Assembly: GCF_003334315.1 (NCBI RefSeq)
Contig: NZ_QOWR01000020.1
Length of the DNA: 64,000 nucleotides
Origin: Escherichia coli
Lineage (GTDB): Bacteria > Pseudomonadota > Gammaproteobacteria > Enterobacterales > Enterobacteriaceae
Reading direction: 5' to 3' (one strand)
Positions 1 through 13,439 of this stretch are shown here, in pieces; position 1 is the first letter of the stretch; each line of letters starts with the position of its first letter. Under the pieces are notes generated by a model that was not told where the DNA came from, ran no database searches, and saw only the letters and a program-made list of their open reading frames with translations. The translations under genes and the position numbers were made by a program.

Positions 1-149
1 GGTTGAGAAGCGGTGTAAGTGAACTGCAGTTGCCATGTTTTACGGCAGTGAGAGCAGAGATAGCGCTGATGTCCGGCGGTGCTTTTGCCGTTACGCACCA
101 CCCCGTCAGTAGCTGAACAGGAGGGACAGCTGATAGAAACAGAAGCCAC
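1..149 (-). CDS. insA: IS1 InsA, N-terminal part only (GTG start at 149, truncated by window edge)
   Basis: Minus-strand translation from GTG at 149 gives [50 protein letters not shown], the InsA N-terminus. Confidence 0.85.
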   Translation of the reverse strand, partial: MASVSISCPSCSATDGVVRNGKSTAGHQRYLCSHCRKTWQLQFTYTASQ

Positions 150-204
150 TGGAGCACCTCAAAAACACCATCATACACTAAATCAGTAAGTTGGCATCAT
201 CACC
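1..204 (-). mobile_element. IS1: IS1 insertion sequence, terminal ~204 bp including terminal inverted repeat; element continues beyond window start
   Basis: Reverse complement of 1..204 reads GGTGATGATGCCAACTTACTGAT... then the insA 5' region, matching the IS1 left end as recalled (one mismatch in the IR versus the canonical GGTGATGCTGCC). Confidence 0.9.
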
Positions 205-422
205 TAGTTTGTGATAACGACTGCTGGATTGATGATGAAGGGACGTACACCATTCACACCATTCATGCGTCTTATCAGTTCGCTAATGTGATGGATATGG
301 AGAACTTTAATATTTACCTCGGGACGTATTACTCCATTCTGGATAGCGACGGTGATAAAAAACACGGTGATGATACTGATGACCGTTACGGCGCACGCGT
401 TCGCTTTAAATACTTCTTCTGA
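205..422 (+). pseudogene. 3' remnant (72 codons) of an outer-membrane beta-barrel (porin-like, possibly KdgM/OmpL-family) gene, 5' part replaced by IS1
   Basis: Open frame from the IS1 boundary to TGA at 420-422 encodes ...TYTIHTIHASYQF...NFNIYLGTYYSIL...RYGARVRFKYFF with alternating beta-strand pattern and terminal aromatic FKYFF typical of OMP C-termini; no start codon or upstream gene body. Confidence 0.4.
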
Positions 423-462
423 TGAAGTCGCGGTGCTGGATATTTTCCGGCACCGCAACTCA

Positions 463-777
463 TTAAGGCAGGTAAAACACTTCTTGCAGCTCGCTACTCA
501 CCGGGCTGTTATCCGGGTTAGCTGGCATAACGTCGGTCATATATTTCCACCAACGTTGGCAGATTTCAGTGCTGGCTACCGCATTCCAGCGTTCTTCAGA
601 TTCAATCTCTACCATGGCAAACAGCAGATTACGCGCTTTGTCGAGGTAAATGGCGTAGTTATGCGCACCGTGAGATTTCAACACTGCTTCCAGTTCCGGC
701 CAGATGGGGTTATGCCGACGCTGATACTCTTCGTGGGCGTCGGGGTTAACCTGCATGATAAAGGCTTTGCGGATCAT
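463..777 (-). CDS. rhaM: L-rhamnose mutarotase
   Basis: 104 aa [37 protein letters not shown]... matches RhaM (YiiL). Confidence 0.95.
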   Translation of the reverse strand: MIRKAFIMQVNPDAHEEYQRRHNPIWPELEAVLKSHGAHNYAIYLDKARNLLFAMVEIESEERWNAVASTEICQRWWKYMTDVMPANPDNSPVSSELQEVFYLP

Positions 778-786
778 GTTTGCTCC

Positions 787-1611
787 TTACAGCGCCAGCG
801 CACTGGCTAGTGGTGTAACGCCGAAGCGCTTGCCGAGCGCTATCAACTCTTCACGGCTGATGGTCTGTTTCATGCCGCCCATCGAATAAACCTTCACTAA
901 TACTTGTGCTGATTTTTCTGCGGTGTCGATTAAACCGAAGGTTTCATCCAGCGTCGGTCCGCTGCCGAAGACGCCGTGGAAGGGCCACAACACCAGCGAA
1001 TGTTTTTGCATCTCTTGTGCGGTCGCCTGGCCGATTTCGTCCGTGCCGGGCACCATCCACGGCAAAATGCCAACGCCATCCGGGAATACCACCAGACACT
1101 CGGTGCTGCCTTCCCACAGTTGGCGAGTGAAGACCGCGGTGTCGTTTTCAAGTACATAGGTGAGGGCGATCAGGTTGGTGGCGTGGCAGTGCATGATCAC
1201 CCGATCTTTGCCGTTGGTGGCTTTAATGCGCTCGCAGTGGGAAAGGAAGTGAGCCGGAAGTTCGGAAGTGGGGACGGCTTCGTTGGTTAACCCCCAAAGA
1301 ATGTGGTAGCCCGCGCCGTCGCTGTCGACTTTTACGATGCCTAAGTTAGCCGCAGGATCAAGCTGGACGTTACGGAAGAATTTGCCCGAGCCGGTGACAA
1401 TAAACGGTGTATTTGCCAGTAAAGGCATGGGCTGGCTGAGCGGGATATAGCGCGGTTGTTGGTGGAAATTGTCGTGATATGGTGCGATATCGGCGTCATC
1501 CAGGCGTAGCGTCAGGTTGCCGCCGTTGCGCTCATCCCAGCCTTTCAGCCAGGCGTCGGTGGTGGCTTTGATCATTCCCTGGACAAACCAGGACTGAGTA
1601 ATGTTTTGCAT
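787..1611 (-). CDS. rhaD: rhamnulose-1-phosphate aldolase
   Basis: 274 aa from [25 protein letters not shown]...; ORF track N-terminal extension runs into a REP element and was trimmed. Confidence 0.95.
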
Positions 1612-1638
1612 GTTCTGTGTTCCTGTAAATTCGGTGTT

Positions 1639-1690
1639 GTCGGATGCACGACCCGTAGGCCGGATAAGGCGCTCGCGCCGCATCCGGCAG
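1639..1690. repeat. REP element in rhaA-rhaD intergenic region
   Basis: GTAGGCCGGATAAGGCGCTCGCGCCGCATCCGGCA palindromic unit. Confidence 0.8.
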
Positions 1691-1693
1691 TGT

Positions 1694-4706
<3,013 letters not shown>

Positions 4707-5543
4707 ATGACCGTATTACATAGTGTGGATTTTTTTCCGTCTGGTAACGCGTCCGTGGCGATAGAACCCCGGCTCCCGCAGGCGGATTTTCCTGAACATC
4801 ATCATGATTTTCATGAAATTGTGATTGTCGAACATGGCACGGGTATTCATGTGTTTAATGGGCAGCCCTATACCATCACCGGTGGCACGGTCTGTTTCGT
4901 ACGCGATCATGATCGGCATCTGTATGAACATACCGATAATCTGTGTCTGACCAATGTGCTGTATCGCTCGCCGGATCGATTTCAGTTTCTCGCCGGGCTG
5001 AATCAGTTGCTGCCACAAGAGCTGGATGGGCAGTATCCGTCTCACTGGCGCGTTAACCACAGCGTATTGCAGCAGGTGCGACAGCTGGTTGCACAGATGG
5101 AACAGCAGGAAGGGGAAAATGATTTACCCTCGACCGCCAGTCGCGAGATCTTGTTTATGCAATTACTGCTCTTGCTGCGTAAAAGCAGTTTGCAGGAGAA
5201 CCTGGAAAACAGCGCATCACGTCTCAACTTGCTTCTGGCCTGGCTGGAGGACCATTTTGCCGATGAGGTGAATTGGGATGCCGTGGCGGAGCAATTTTCT
5301 CTTTCGCTGCGTACGCTACATCGGCAGCTTAAGCAGCAAACGGGACTGACGCCTCAGCGTTACCTGAACCGCCTGCGACTGATGAAAGCCCGACATCTAC
5401 TACGCCACAGCGAGGCCAGCGTTACTGATATCGCCTATCGCTGTGGATTCAGCGACAGTAACCACTTTTCGACGCTTTTTCGCCGAGAGTTTAACTGGTC
5501 ACCGCGTGATATTCGTCAGGGACGGGATGGTTTTCTGCAATAA
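4707..5543 (+). CDS. rhaS: AraC-family activator of rhaBAD and rhaT
   Basis: 278 aa [46 protein letters not shown]... Confidence 0.95.
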   Translation: MTVLHSVDFFPSGNASVAIEPRLPQADFPEHHHDFHEIVIVEHGTGIHVFNGQPYTITGGTVCFVRDHDRHLYEHTDNLCLTNVLYRSPDRFQFLAGLNQLLPQELDGQYPSHWRVNHSVLQQVRQLVAQMEQQEGENDLPSTASREILFMQLLLLLRKSSLQENLENSASRLNLLLAWLEDHFADEVNWDAVAEQFSLSLRTLHRQLKQQTGLTPQRYLNRLRLMKARHLLRHSEASVTDIAYRCGFSDSNHFSTLFRREFNWSPRDIRQGRDGFLQ

Positions 5544-5616
5544 CGCGAATCTTCTCAACGTATTTGTACGCCATATTGCGAATAATCAACTTCGTTCTCT
5601 GGCCGAGGTAGCCACG

Positions 5617-6465
5617 GTGGCGCATCAGTTAAAACTTCTCAAAGATGATTTTTTTGCCAGCGACCAGCAGGCAGTCGCTGTGGCTGACCGTTATCCGCAA
5701 GATGTTTTTGCCGAACATACACATGATTTTTGTGAGCTGGTGATTGTCTGGCGCGGTAATGGTCTGCATGTACTCAACGATCGCCCTTATCGCATTACCC
5801 GTGGCGATCTCTTTTACATTCATGCTGACGATAAACACTCCTACGCTTCCGTTAACGATCTGGTTTTGCAGAATATTATTTATTGCCCGGAGCGGCTGAA
5901 GCTGAATCTTGACTGGCAGGGAGCGATTCCGGGATTTAGCGCCAGCGCAGGGCAACCACACTGGCGCTTAGGTAGCGTGGGGATGGCGCAGGCGCGGCAG
6001 GTTATCGGTCAGCTTGAGCATGAAAGTAGTCAGCATGTGTCGTTTGCTAACGAAATGGCTGAGTTGCTGTTCGGGCAGTTGGTGATGTTGCTGAATCGCC
6101 ATCGTTACACCAGTGATTCGTTGCCGCCAACATCCAGCGAAACGTTGCTGGATAAGCTGATTACCCGGCTGGCGGCTAGCCTGAAAAGTCCCTTTGCGCT
6201 GGATAAATTTTGTGATGAGGCATCGTGCAGTGAGCGCGTTTTGCGTCAGCAATTTCGCCAGCAGACTGGAATGACCATCAATCAATATCTGCGGCAGGTC
6301 AGAGTGTGTCATGCGCAATATCTTCTCCAGCATAGCCGCCTGTTAATCAGTGATATTTCGACCGAATGTGGCTTTGAAGATAGTAACTATTTTTCGGTGG
6401 TGTTTACCCGGGAAACCGGGATGACGCCCAGCCAGTGGCGTCATCTCAATTCGCAGAAAGATTAA
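5617..6465 (+). CDS. rhaR: AraC-family activator of rhaSR
   Basis: 282 aa from GTG start (V)[37 protein letters not shown]...; longer ORF-track form overlaps rhaS and was trimmed. Confidence 0.9.
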
Positions 6466-7496
6466 TTCGCCATGCCGATGCCGACGATGTTAGCGGCGAC
6501 AATAATCACCACACAACCGAGGCTCAACACCGTTACCGGACGGCGTCCTGCATTGTTCCACTCTTTCAGCACCAGCCCGACGATACCGCCGCACAATACA
6601 TAGAAACTCATATGCAGCATCCAACTGATGTAGTCATACTGCGCCGGAATGCGGGCGTGGCCCCAGGCATAGAAAAAGAATTGCAGATACCACATCAACC
6701 CGCCCAGTGCCGAGAGTAACACATTGTGAATGATCAGCGGTTTTGCCAGCGAGAAGTCGGCTTTTAGCGACAAATCCTTCACTTTTGCCAGACGAATAAA
6801 ACAGAAACCGAGGTTAATGATCGCGCCGCCGCCCATGATGACAACATAGCTTGGCAGAGCGACATACAGTGGATCGACGCCAAGTGCGGCAGCGGCTTCA
6901 TGCATCGGTTTTGCGGCGTTCATCGCAAAGGACATCCCGGCAGAGAAAATGCCGCACATCACCGCCAGCACCAGCCCTTTTTTCAGATTGAACTCTTCGG
7001 CTTTAATGCCCATCTTGCGCTCTTTCAACTGCCCGGCTCGAGTTACAATCCCTACGCCAATCAGCGCCACCAGAACGCCGAGCAACGTCATGCGTCCGCC
7101 TTCGGTGTTAATCAACACATCGAAATTGCCGTTGATAATTGGCGTCATCAGCGTACCGACAATCAACGTAATGCCAATGGCGATGCCAATTCCCATCGAC
7201 ATGCCGAGATAACGCATGGTCAGGCCGTAGTTGATATTACCGATCCCCCACATAGCGCCGAACAGAAAAACAGGCAGCAGCGTAGAGAGACTAAACGAGC
7301 TGTAATACGCCCAGAAATTCGGTAGTAACAGGGCGCTGATGGCCCACGGCAGAATAATCCACGAAACAATCCCACCGACTGACCACATGGTTTCCCATGA
7401 CCATTTTTTTACTTTTTTGAACGGAGCGTAAAAACAGGCTGCACTGGCCGCGCCGATCAAATGCCAAAATATCCCCATCGTAATCGCGTTACTCAT
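6462..7496 (-). CDS. rhaT: L-rhamnose:H+ symporter
   Basis: 344 aa [26 protein letters not shown]..., hydrophobic membrane protein. Confidence 0.95.
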
Positions 7497-7684
7497 CTTC
7501 TTATCCTCATCATTTTTCGTCGCGTCACATCTCCGACGAGATGAGTGTAAAAATCGTGCTGTCGATTAACCTTTCGCCTGTTGCCGCCGTTGTCGATTTA
7601 CTGGCAATCACGGCATTAAGTGGGTGATTTGCTTCACATCTCGGGCATTTTCCTGCAAAACCATACCCTTACGAAAAGTACGGC

Positions 7685-7725
7685 ATTGATAATCATTTTC
7701 AATATCATTTAATTAACTATAATGA
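7685..7725 (+). promoter_or_regulatory. sodA promoter with Fur-box-like operator
   Basis: TGATAATCATTTTCAATATCATT resembles the Fur consensus GATAATGATAATCATTATC; TATAAT -10 hexamer at 7718-7723. Confidence 0.6.
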
Positions 7726-7780
7726 ACCAACTGCTTACGCGGCATTAACAATCGGCCGCCCGACAATACTGGAGATGAAT

Positions 7781-8401
7781 ATGAGCTATACCCTGCCATC
7801 CCTGCCGTATGCTTACGATGCCCTGGAACCGCACTTCGATAAGCAGACCATGGAAATCCACCACACCAAACACCATCAGACCTACGTCAACAACGCCAAC
7901 GCGGCGTTGGAAAGCCTGCCAGAATTTGCCAACCTGCCGGTTGAAGAGCTGATCACCAAACTGGACCAGCTGCCAGCAGACAAGAAAACCGTACTGCGCA
8001 ACAACGCTGGCGGTCACGCTAACCACAGCCTGTTCTGGAAAGGTCTGAAAAAAGGCACCACCCTGCAGGGTGACCTGAAAGCGGCTATCGAACGTGACTT
8101 CGGCTCCGTTGATAACTTCAAAGCAGAATTTGAGAAAGCGGCAGCTTCCCGCTTTGGTTCCGGCTGGGCATGGCTGGTGCTGAAAGGCGATAAACTGGCG
8201 GTGGTTTCTACTGCTAACCAGGACTCTCCGCTGATGGGTGAAGCTATTTCTGGCGCTTCCGGCTTCCCGATTCTGGGCCTGGATGTGTGGGAACATGCTT
8301 ACTACCTGAAATTCCAGAACCGCCGTCCGGACTACATCAAAGAGTTCTGGAACGTGGTGAACTGGGACGAAGCAGCGGCACGTTTCGCGGCGAAAAAATA
8401 A
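7781..8401 (+). CDS. sodA: Mn superoxide dismutase
   Basis: 206 aa [43 protein letters not shown]... Confidence 0.97.
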   Translation: MSYTLPSLPYAYDALEPHFDKQTMEIHHTKHHQTYVNNANAALESLPEFANLPVEELITKLDQLPADKKTVLRNNAGGHANHSLFWKGLKKGTTLQGDLKAAIERDFGSVDNFKAEFEKAAASRFGSGWAWLVLKGDKLAVVSTANQDSPLMGEAISGASGFPILGLDVWEHAYYLKFQNRRPDYIKEFWNVVNWDEAAARFAAKK

Positions 8402-8457
8402 TTATTTGCCGCCTGCTGCAATGAGGCGTATAGGCCGCATATCAGCTTAAAAAATGA

Positions 8458-8485
8458 ACCATCGCCAACGGCGGTGGTTTTTTTG
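8458..8485 (+). terminator. rho-independent terminator after sodA
   Basis: Hairpin CCATCGCC...GGCGGTGG followed by TTTTTTT. Confidence 0.7.
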
Positions 8486-8660
8486 TGATCAATTTCAAAA
8501 TAAAAACAATGATCCGATAAAAATAAAACAGTGTTTCAATTGATGTGGTTTTGATCACTTTTATTGATTAAATGAATGTCTATCTTCGTTTCCATCAACA
8601 CTGATGCTCCATTGAGGAATTACGCATCAGCCCTTAAAAATATGCCGACAGGTGATGGAA

Positions 8661-9644
8661 ATGCAGATAAAACGCTCGATTGAGAAAATCCCGGGGGGGA
8701 TGATGCTCGTCCCGCTATTCCTTGGCGCACTGTGCCACACCTTCTCGCCGGGGGCGGGGAAATATTTTGGATCATTCACCAACGGGATGATTACCGGTAC
8801 GGTGCCCATTCTGGCGGTGTGGTTTTTTTGCATGGGGGCGTCAATAAAATTAAGCGCGACGGGAACGGTACTGCGTAAATCCGGTACGCTGGTGGTAACT
8901 AAAATTGCCGTCGCGTGGGTGGTTGCGGCAATTGCCTCGCGTATTATTCCGGAACATGGTGTTGAAGTTGGATTCTTTGCCGGACTTTCAACGCTGGCAC
9001 TGGTGGCGGCGATGGATATGACCAATGGTGGACTTTACGCTTCCATCATGCAGCAGTACGGCACAAAAGAAGAAGCTGGGGCATTTGTGTTGATGTCGTT
9101 GGAGTCCGGGCCGCTCATGACGATGATTATTCTGGGCACTGCAGGGATTGCCTCGTTTGAACCGCATGTTTTCGTCGGCGCAGTATTACCGTTCCTGGTG
9201 GGCTTTGCCCTGGGGAACCTTGACCCTGAATTACGAGAATTTTTCAGCAAAGCGCTGCAGACGCTGATTCCATTCTTTGCCTTCGCGCTGGGCAATACCA
9301 TTGATTTGACTGTGATTGCCCAGACTGGTTTGCTGGGAATCCTGTTGGGTGTGGCAGTAATTATCGTGACCGGTATTCCGTTGATTATCGCCGATAAATT
9401 GATTGGCGGTGGCGATGGCACTGCCGGAATTGCCGCTTCCAGTTCCGCAGGGGCCGCGGTAGCGACACCTGTGCTGATTGCAGAAATGGTGCCTGCGTTT
9501 AAACCGATGGCTCCGGCAGCAACTTCGCTGGTAGCGACGGCGGTCATTGTGACTTCGATTCTGGTGCCAATTCTTACCTCTATCTGGTCACGTAAAGTCA
9601 AAGCCAGAGCAGCGAAAATCGAAATTTTAGGTATGGTGAAATAA
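8661..9644 (+). CDS. kdgT: 2-keto-3-deoxygluconate permease
   Basis: 327 aa from [28 protein letters not shown]... Confidence 0.93.
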   Translation: MQIKRSIEKIPGGMMLVPLFLGALCHTFSPGAGKYFGSFTNGMITGTVPILAVWFFCMGASIKLSATGTVLRKSGTLVVTKIAVAWVVAAIASRIIPEHGVEVGFFAGLSTLALVAAMDMTNGGLYASIMQQYGTKEEAGAFVLMSLESGPLMTMIILGTAGIASFEPHVFVGAVLPFLVGFALGNLDPELREFFSKALQTLIPFFAFALGNTIDLTVIAQTGLLGILLGVAVIIVTGIPLIIADKLIGGGDGTAGIAASSSAGAAVATPVLIAEMVPAFKPMAPAATSLVATAVIVTSILVPILTSIWSRKVKARAAKIEILGMVK

Positions 9645-9666
9645 ACCTGCTTCCTTAATCCCCACA

Positions 9667-9699
9667 GCCGGATGAACTAACGTTCGTCCGGTTTGCTAT
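9667..9699 (+). terminator. probable terminator after kdgT
   Basis: Hairpin CCGGATGAAC...GTTCGTCCGG followed by TTTGCTATT. Confidence 0.5.
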
Positions 9700-9792
9700 T
9701 GAGTTCCTGCCTGGATACTTACCGCGAAAACAGCACGCCTGACATAAAATAAATATGGTCTAATGGGGAAATTTCTCGTGGAGAGGGAACAG

Positions 9793-10467
9793 ATGCGATA
9801 TCCGGTTGATGTATACACAGGCAAGATTCAGGCTTATCCCGAAGGCAAACCCAGCGCAATTGCTAAAATCCAGGTTGATGGTGAGTTGATGCTGACGGAG
9901 CTGGGGCTGGAAGGTGACGAGCAGGCGGAGAAAAAGGTTCACGGCGGGCCAGACAGAGCGCTGTGTCATTATCCTCGTGAGCATTATCTCTACTGGGCGC
10001 GGGAATTTCCGGAACAGGCGGAGTTGTTTGTTGCGCCTGCGTTTGGTGAAAACCTCTCAACCGACGGCCTCACGGAAAGTAATGTTTATATGGGCGATAT
10101 TTTCCGCTGGGGAGAGGCATTAATTCAGGTCAGCCAGCCGCGCTCGCCTTGCTATAAACTCAATTACCATTTTGATATCAGCGATATAGCGCAGTTGATG
10201 CAAAACACAGGTAAGGTGGGGTGGTTGTATAGCGTGATAGCGCCAGGGAAAGTGTCTGCGGACGCGCCGCTGGAGTTGGTTTCCCGTGTCAGCGATGTGA
10301 CCGTGCAGGAGGCTGCCGCCATCGCATGGCATATGCCGTTTGATGACGATCAGTATCACCGTTTACTCTCCGCTGCCGGGTTATCGAAAAGCTGGACGCG
10401 AACGATGCAAAAGCGCCGACTGAGCGGCAAGATCGAAGATTTTTCCCGCCGGTTGTGGGGAAAATAA
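9793..10467 (+). CDS. yiiM: MOSC-domain protein (6-N-hydroxylaminopurine resistance)
   Basis: 224 aa from MRYPVDVYTGKIQAYPEGKPSAIAKIQVDGELMLTELGLEGDEQAEKKVHGG... Confidence 0.9.
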   Translation: MRYPVDVYTGKIQAYPEGKPSAIAKIQVDGELMLTELGLEGDEQAEKKVHGGPDRALCHYPREHYLYWAREFPEQAELFVAPAFGENLSTDGLTESNVYMGDIFRWGEALIQVSQPRSPCYKLNYHFDISDIAQLMQNTGKVGWLYSVIAPGKVSADAPLELVSRVSDVTVQEAAAIAWHMPFDDDQYHRLLSAAGLSKSWTRTMQKRRLSGKIEDFSRRLWGK

Positions 10468-10475
10468 CCCCCGGA

Positions 10476-10562
10476 GTGTAGGCCTGATAAGACGCTATCA
10501 GCGTCGCATCAGGCATCCTGCTCAAATGCCGGATGCGGCGTAAACGCCTTATCCTGCCTACA
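10476..10562. repeat. REP pair (BIME) between yiiM and cpxA
   Basis: GTAGGCCTGATAAGACGC...GCGTCGCATCAGGC and GCCGGATGCGGCGTAAACGCCTTATCC units. Confidence 0.8.
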
Positions 10563-10572
10563 AATGCGGAGT

Positions 10573-11946
10573 TTAACTCCGCTTATACAGCGGCAACCAA
10601 ATCACCAGCCGTAAACCGCCCAGCGGGCTGTCTTCTGCCTTCACCCAGCCACGATGCTGCTGAATGGCGGTTTCAACAATCGCCAGCCCCAATCCTGTAC
10701 CGCCAGATTCACGATCGCGTGCTTCATCGGTCCGATAGAACGGACGGAAAATCTGTTCGCGATCTTCCGGGCTAACGCCAGGACCATCGTCGTCCACCGT
10801 AATGGTGATACCGTCTTTATCTACCGCAAAGCCCACTTCAATCTTCGTATGGGAATAACGCAGAGCATTACGAACAATGTTTTCCAGCGCACTTTCCAGG
10901 GCGTTCGGATTGCCGTACAGCGGCCACGGCCCAGGCGGGAAGTTAACTGTCAACGACTTGCCCATTTGCTCGGCTTCGAACGCCGCGTTATCCAGCACTT
11001 CACTCCACAACTGATTGGCTTTGATGGTCTCGCTAACCAGCGCGTTTTTTTGCTGATTACGTGACATCACCAACAGGTCGTTGATCATGCTGTCCAGACG
11101 TTGCGCTTCGGTTTCAATACGCTCCAGTTCCTTGCTTTCACCGCTACGACGGCGCAGTAACGCCGTACCCAGTTGCAGACGCGTCAGCGGGGTGCGCAGC
11201 TCGTGAGAGATATCAGAAAGCAGACGCTGCTGGGAGGTCATCATGCGCTCCAGCGCGGTGACCATCTGGTTAAAACTGGCACCTGCGGCAAGGAATTCCT
11301 GTGGCCCCGCTTCCAGTTCCGGGTGCTGGCGTAAGTTTCCCTGGGCAACTTCATCGGCAGCGTTTTTCAGCTTACGCGCCGGTTTTGCCAGACTCCAGGC
11401 CAACCACAACAGCAGCGGCGTACTGACCAACATGGTGACAATCAGCAGTAATAGCGGGCGGTCAAACAGTAAGTTAATGAAATCGGATTGAGAACTGCTG
11501 GCCGGACGAATCAGATAAAGTTGGTAATTATCTTCGCCATCACGCACGGAGAACGGACCGACCAGTTCCACGCGGCCATACTTTTTCTTCTGCGGATGAT
11601 CGGCGTTATCGGCCTGACCAATAAAGTTACGAATGATCTGCATTTCGCTGCGTTCAGCGCCGATCACGCGGCCTTCGGTGGTCACCAATAATAAACGCTG
11701 TCCTGGCGGTGCCCACTTATCAATCGCCCGAAACAGACGCCGCCACCACATTAAATCGTTGGGCGGATCGTTCGCCAGCTCCGCTTCGACATGCTGCTCA
11801 ATCATCAGCCCCTGACGCTGTTCGCTATCCAGAAGCTCGGTCATCTGGCGTGAATCGAGCTTGGGTAACATCAAAACCAACATCAACACCAGCGCCAGCG
11901 TCAGCCAGAAGATGGCGAAGATGCGCGCGGTTAAGCTGCCTATCAT
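10573..11946 (-). CDS. cpxA: envelope stress sensor histidine kinase
   Basis: 457 aa MIGSLTARIFAIFWLTLALVLMLVLMLPKLDSRQ... Confidence 0.97.
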   Translation of the reverse strand: MIGSLTARIFAIFWLTLALVLMLVLMLPKLDSRQMTELLDSEQRQGLMIEQHVEAELANDPPNDLMWWRRLFRAIDKWAPPGQRLLLVTTEGRVIGAERSEMQIIRNFIGQADNADHPQKKKYGRVELVGPFSVRDGEDNYQLYLIRPASSSQSDFINLLFDRPLLLLIVTMLVSTPLLLWLAWSLAKPARKLKNAADEVAQGNLRQHPELEAGPQEFLAAGASFNQMVTALERMMTSQQRLLSDISHELRTPLTRLQLGTALLRRRSGESKELERIETEAQRLDSMINDLLVMSRNQQKNALVSETIKANQLWSEVLDNAAFEAEQMGKSLTVNFPPGPWPLYGNPNALESALENIVRNALRYSHTKIEVGFAVDKDGITITVDDDGPGVSPEDREQIFRPFYRTDEARDRESGGTGLGLAIVETAIQQHRGWVKAEDSPLGGLRLVIWLPLYKRS

Positions 11947-12641
11947 GAAGCAGAAACCATCAGATAGCCGCGACCACGCAAGGTTTTAAACCACGGGTGA
12001 CCATCTTTACGATCCGGCAGTTTACGACGCAGGTTGGAAATGTGCATATCGATAGCGCGGTCGAAAGGCGTCAGGCGTTTGCCCAGCACTTCCTGGCTTA
12101 AATGTTCACGGGAAACCACCTGACCCAGATGCTGTGCCAGCAAATAGAGCAGGGTAAACTCAGTGCCGGTTAACTCCAGCGTTTGCCCGTCGAAGCTGGC
12201 TTCCTGACGGCCTGGATTCAGCACTAAGGCATCAACTTCCAGTGTCGGTGAACCGTTGTCGTTGTTTTGCTGTTGCTCGCTCCAGTGCGAACGGCGCAGG
12301 ATCGCGCGAATACGTGCCACCAGCTCACGATCATTAAATGGTTTCGGGAGATAGTCATCTGCGCCCAGCTCAAGGCCGAGAACGCGATCAAGTTCACTGC
12401 CGCGCGCCGTCAACATAATGACAGGCGTCTGGTGTGTCTGGCGAAGTGCTTTTAATGTGTCGATACCATTTTTCTTCGGCATCATTACGTCAAGCAAAAG
12501 TAAATCAATGCTGTCGTCCAGAAGATCAAGCGCCTGTTCCCCATCGTGGGCAACAATCACGTTGAAGCCTTCCATCTCGAGCAGCTCCTTTAATAGGGAA
12601 GTCAGCTCTCGGTCATCATCAACTAACAGGATTTTATTCAT
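11943..12641 (-). CDS. cpxR: envelope stress response regulator
   Basis: 232 aa MNKILLVDDDRELTSLLKELLEMEGFNVIVAHDGEQAL...; 4-bp overlap with cpxA. Confidence 0.97.
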   Translation of the reverse strand: MNKILLVDDDRELTSLLKELLEMEGFNVIVAHDGEQALDLLDDSIDLLLLDVMMPKKNGIDTLKALRQTHQTPVIMLTARGSELDRVLGLELGADDYLPKPFNDRELVARIRAILRRSHWSEQQQNNDNGSPTLEVDALVLNPGRQEASFDGQTLELTGTEFTLLYLLAQHLGQVVSREHLSQEVLGKRLTPFDRAIDMHISNLRRKLPDRKDGHPWFKTLRGRGYLMVSAS

Positions 12642-12696
12642 TGTTTAAATACCTCCGAGGCAGAAATTACGTCATCAGACGTCGCTAATCCATGAC

Positions 12697-12711
12697 TTTA
12701 CGTTGTTTTAC
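12697..12711. promoter_or_regulatory. CpxR box in cpxR-cpxP divergent promoter region
   Basis: Reverse complement reads GTAAAACAACGTAAA, matching the GTAAA-N5-GTAAA consensus. Confidence 0.6.
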
Positions 12712-12790
12712 ACCCCCTGACGCATGTTTGCAGCCTGAATCGTAAACTCTCTATCGTTGAATCGCGACAGAAAGATTTTGGGAGCAAATG

Positions 12791-13291
12791 ATGCGCATAG
12801 TTACCGCTGCCGTCATGGCCTCAACGCTGGCAGTCAGTTCATTAAGCCACGCTGCTGAAGTCGGTTCAGGCGATAACTGGCATCCGGGTGAAGAACTTAC
12901 GCAGCGCAGTACGCAGAGCCATATGTTCGACGGCATAAGTTTAACCGAACATCAGCGTCAGCAGATGCGAGATCTTATGCAACAGGCCCGGCACGAACAG
13001 CCTCCTGTTAATGTTAGCGAACTGGAGACAATGCATCGCCTTGTCACCGCAGAAAATTTTGATGAAAACGCTGTGCGCGCACAGGCAGAAAAAATGGCGA
13101 ATGAGCAAATTGCTCGTCAGGTTGAGATGGCAAAAGTCCGCAACCAAATGTATCGCCTGTTAACGCCGGAGCAGCAAGCGGTTTTAAACGAGAAACATCA
13201 ACAACGAATGGAGCAGTTGCGCGACGTGACGCAATGGCAAAAAAGTTCATCGTTGAAGCTATTGAGTAGTAGCAACTCACGTTCCCAGTAG
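12791..13291 (+). CDS. cpxP: periplasmic Cpx pathway inhibitor/adaptor
   Basis: 166 aa from [40 protein letters not shown]... Confidence 0.95.
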
Positions 13292-13298
13292 TAAACCC

Positions 13299-13358
13299 TG
13301 TTTTCCTTGCCATAGACACCATCCCTGTCTTCCCCCACATGATGTGGGGGTTTTTTTT
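13299..13358 (+). ncRNA. cpxQ: CpxQ, 3'UTR-derived small RNA of cpxP (approximate 5' boundary)
   Basis: Known sRNA processed from the cpxP 3'UTR; here the 3'UTR ends in a strong terminator CCCCCACATGATGTGGGGG TTTTTTTT. Confidence 0.5.
13332..13358 (+). terminator. rho-independent terminator of cpxP/CpxQ
   Basis: CCCCCACATGATGTGGGGG stem followed by eight T. Confidence 0.85.
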
Positions 13359-13439
13359 ATCCTCAATTTGCCTGCTGCTTAATGCATTGCAGATGATTTG
13401 CTTCCGTTATACTAGCGTCAGTTGATAGCGGGAGTATTT

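Noticed and set aside
204-458. 84-aa minus-strand ORF (MRCRKISSTATSSEE...) in the IS1-rhaM spacer
   Set aside because: Antisense to the better-supported plus-strand beta-barrel remnant; no recognisable domain features; ends exactly at the IS1 boundary; no convincing SD.
352-810. 152-aa plus-strand ORF overlapping rhaM
   Set aside because: Antisense shadow ORF of rhaM; rhaM on the opposite strand matches a known protein end to end.
1611-1683. Longer N-terminal extensions offered by the ORF track for rhaD, and similarly for glpK, pfkA, cdh, katG, priA, metJ, argE and yijE
   Set aside because: Extensions run into REP elements or promoter DNA; the shorter starts reproduce the known protein N-termini and lengths exactly.
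7745-8296. 183-aa minus-strand ORF
   Set aside because: Antisense within sodA.
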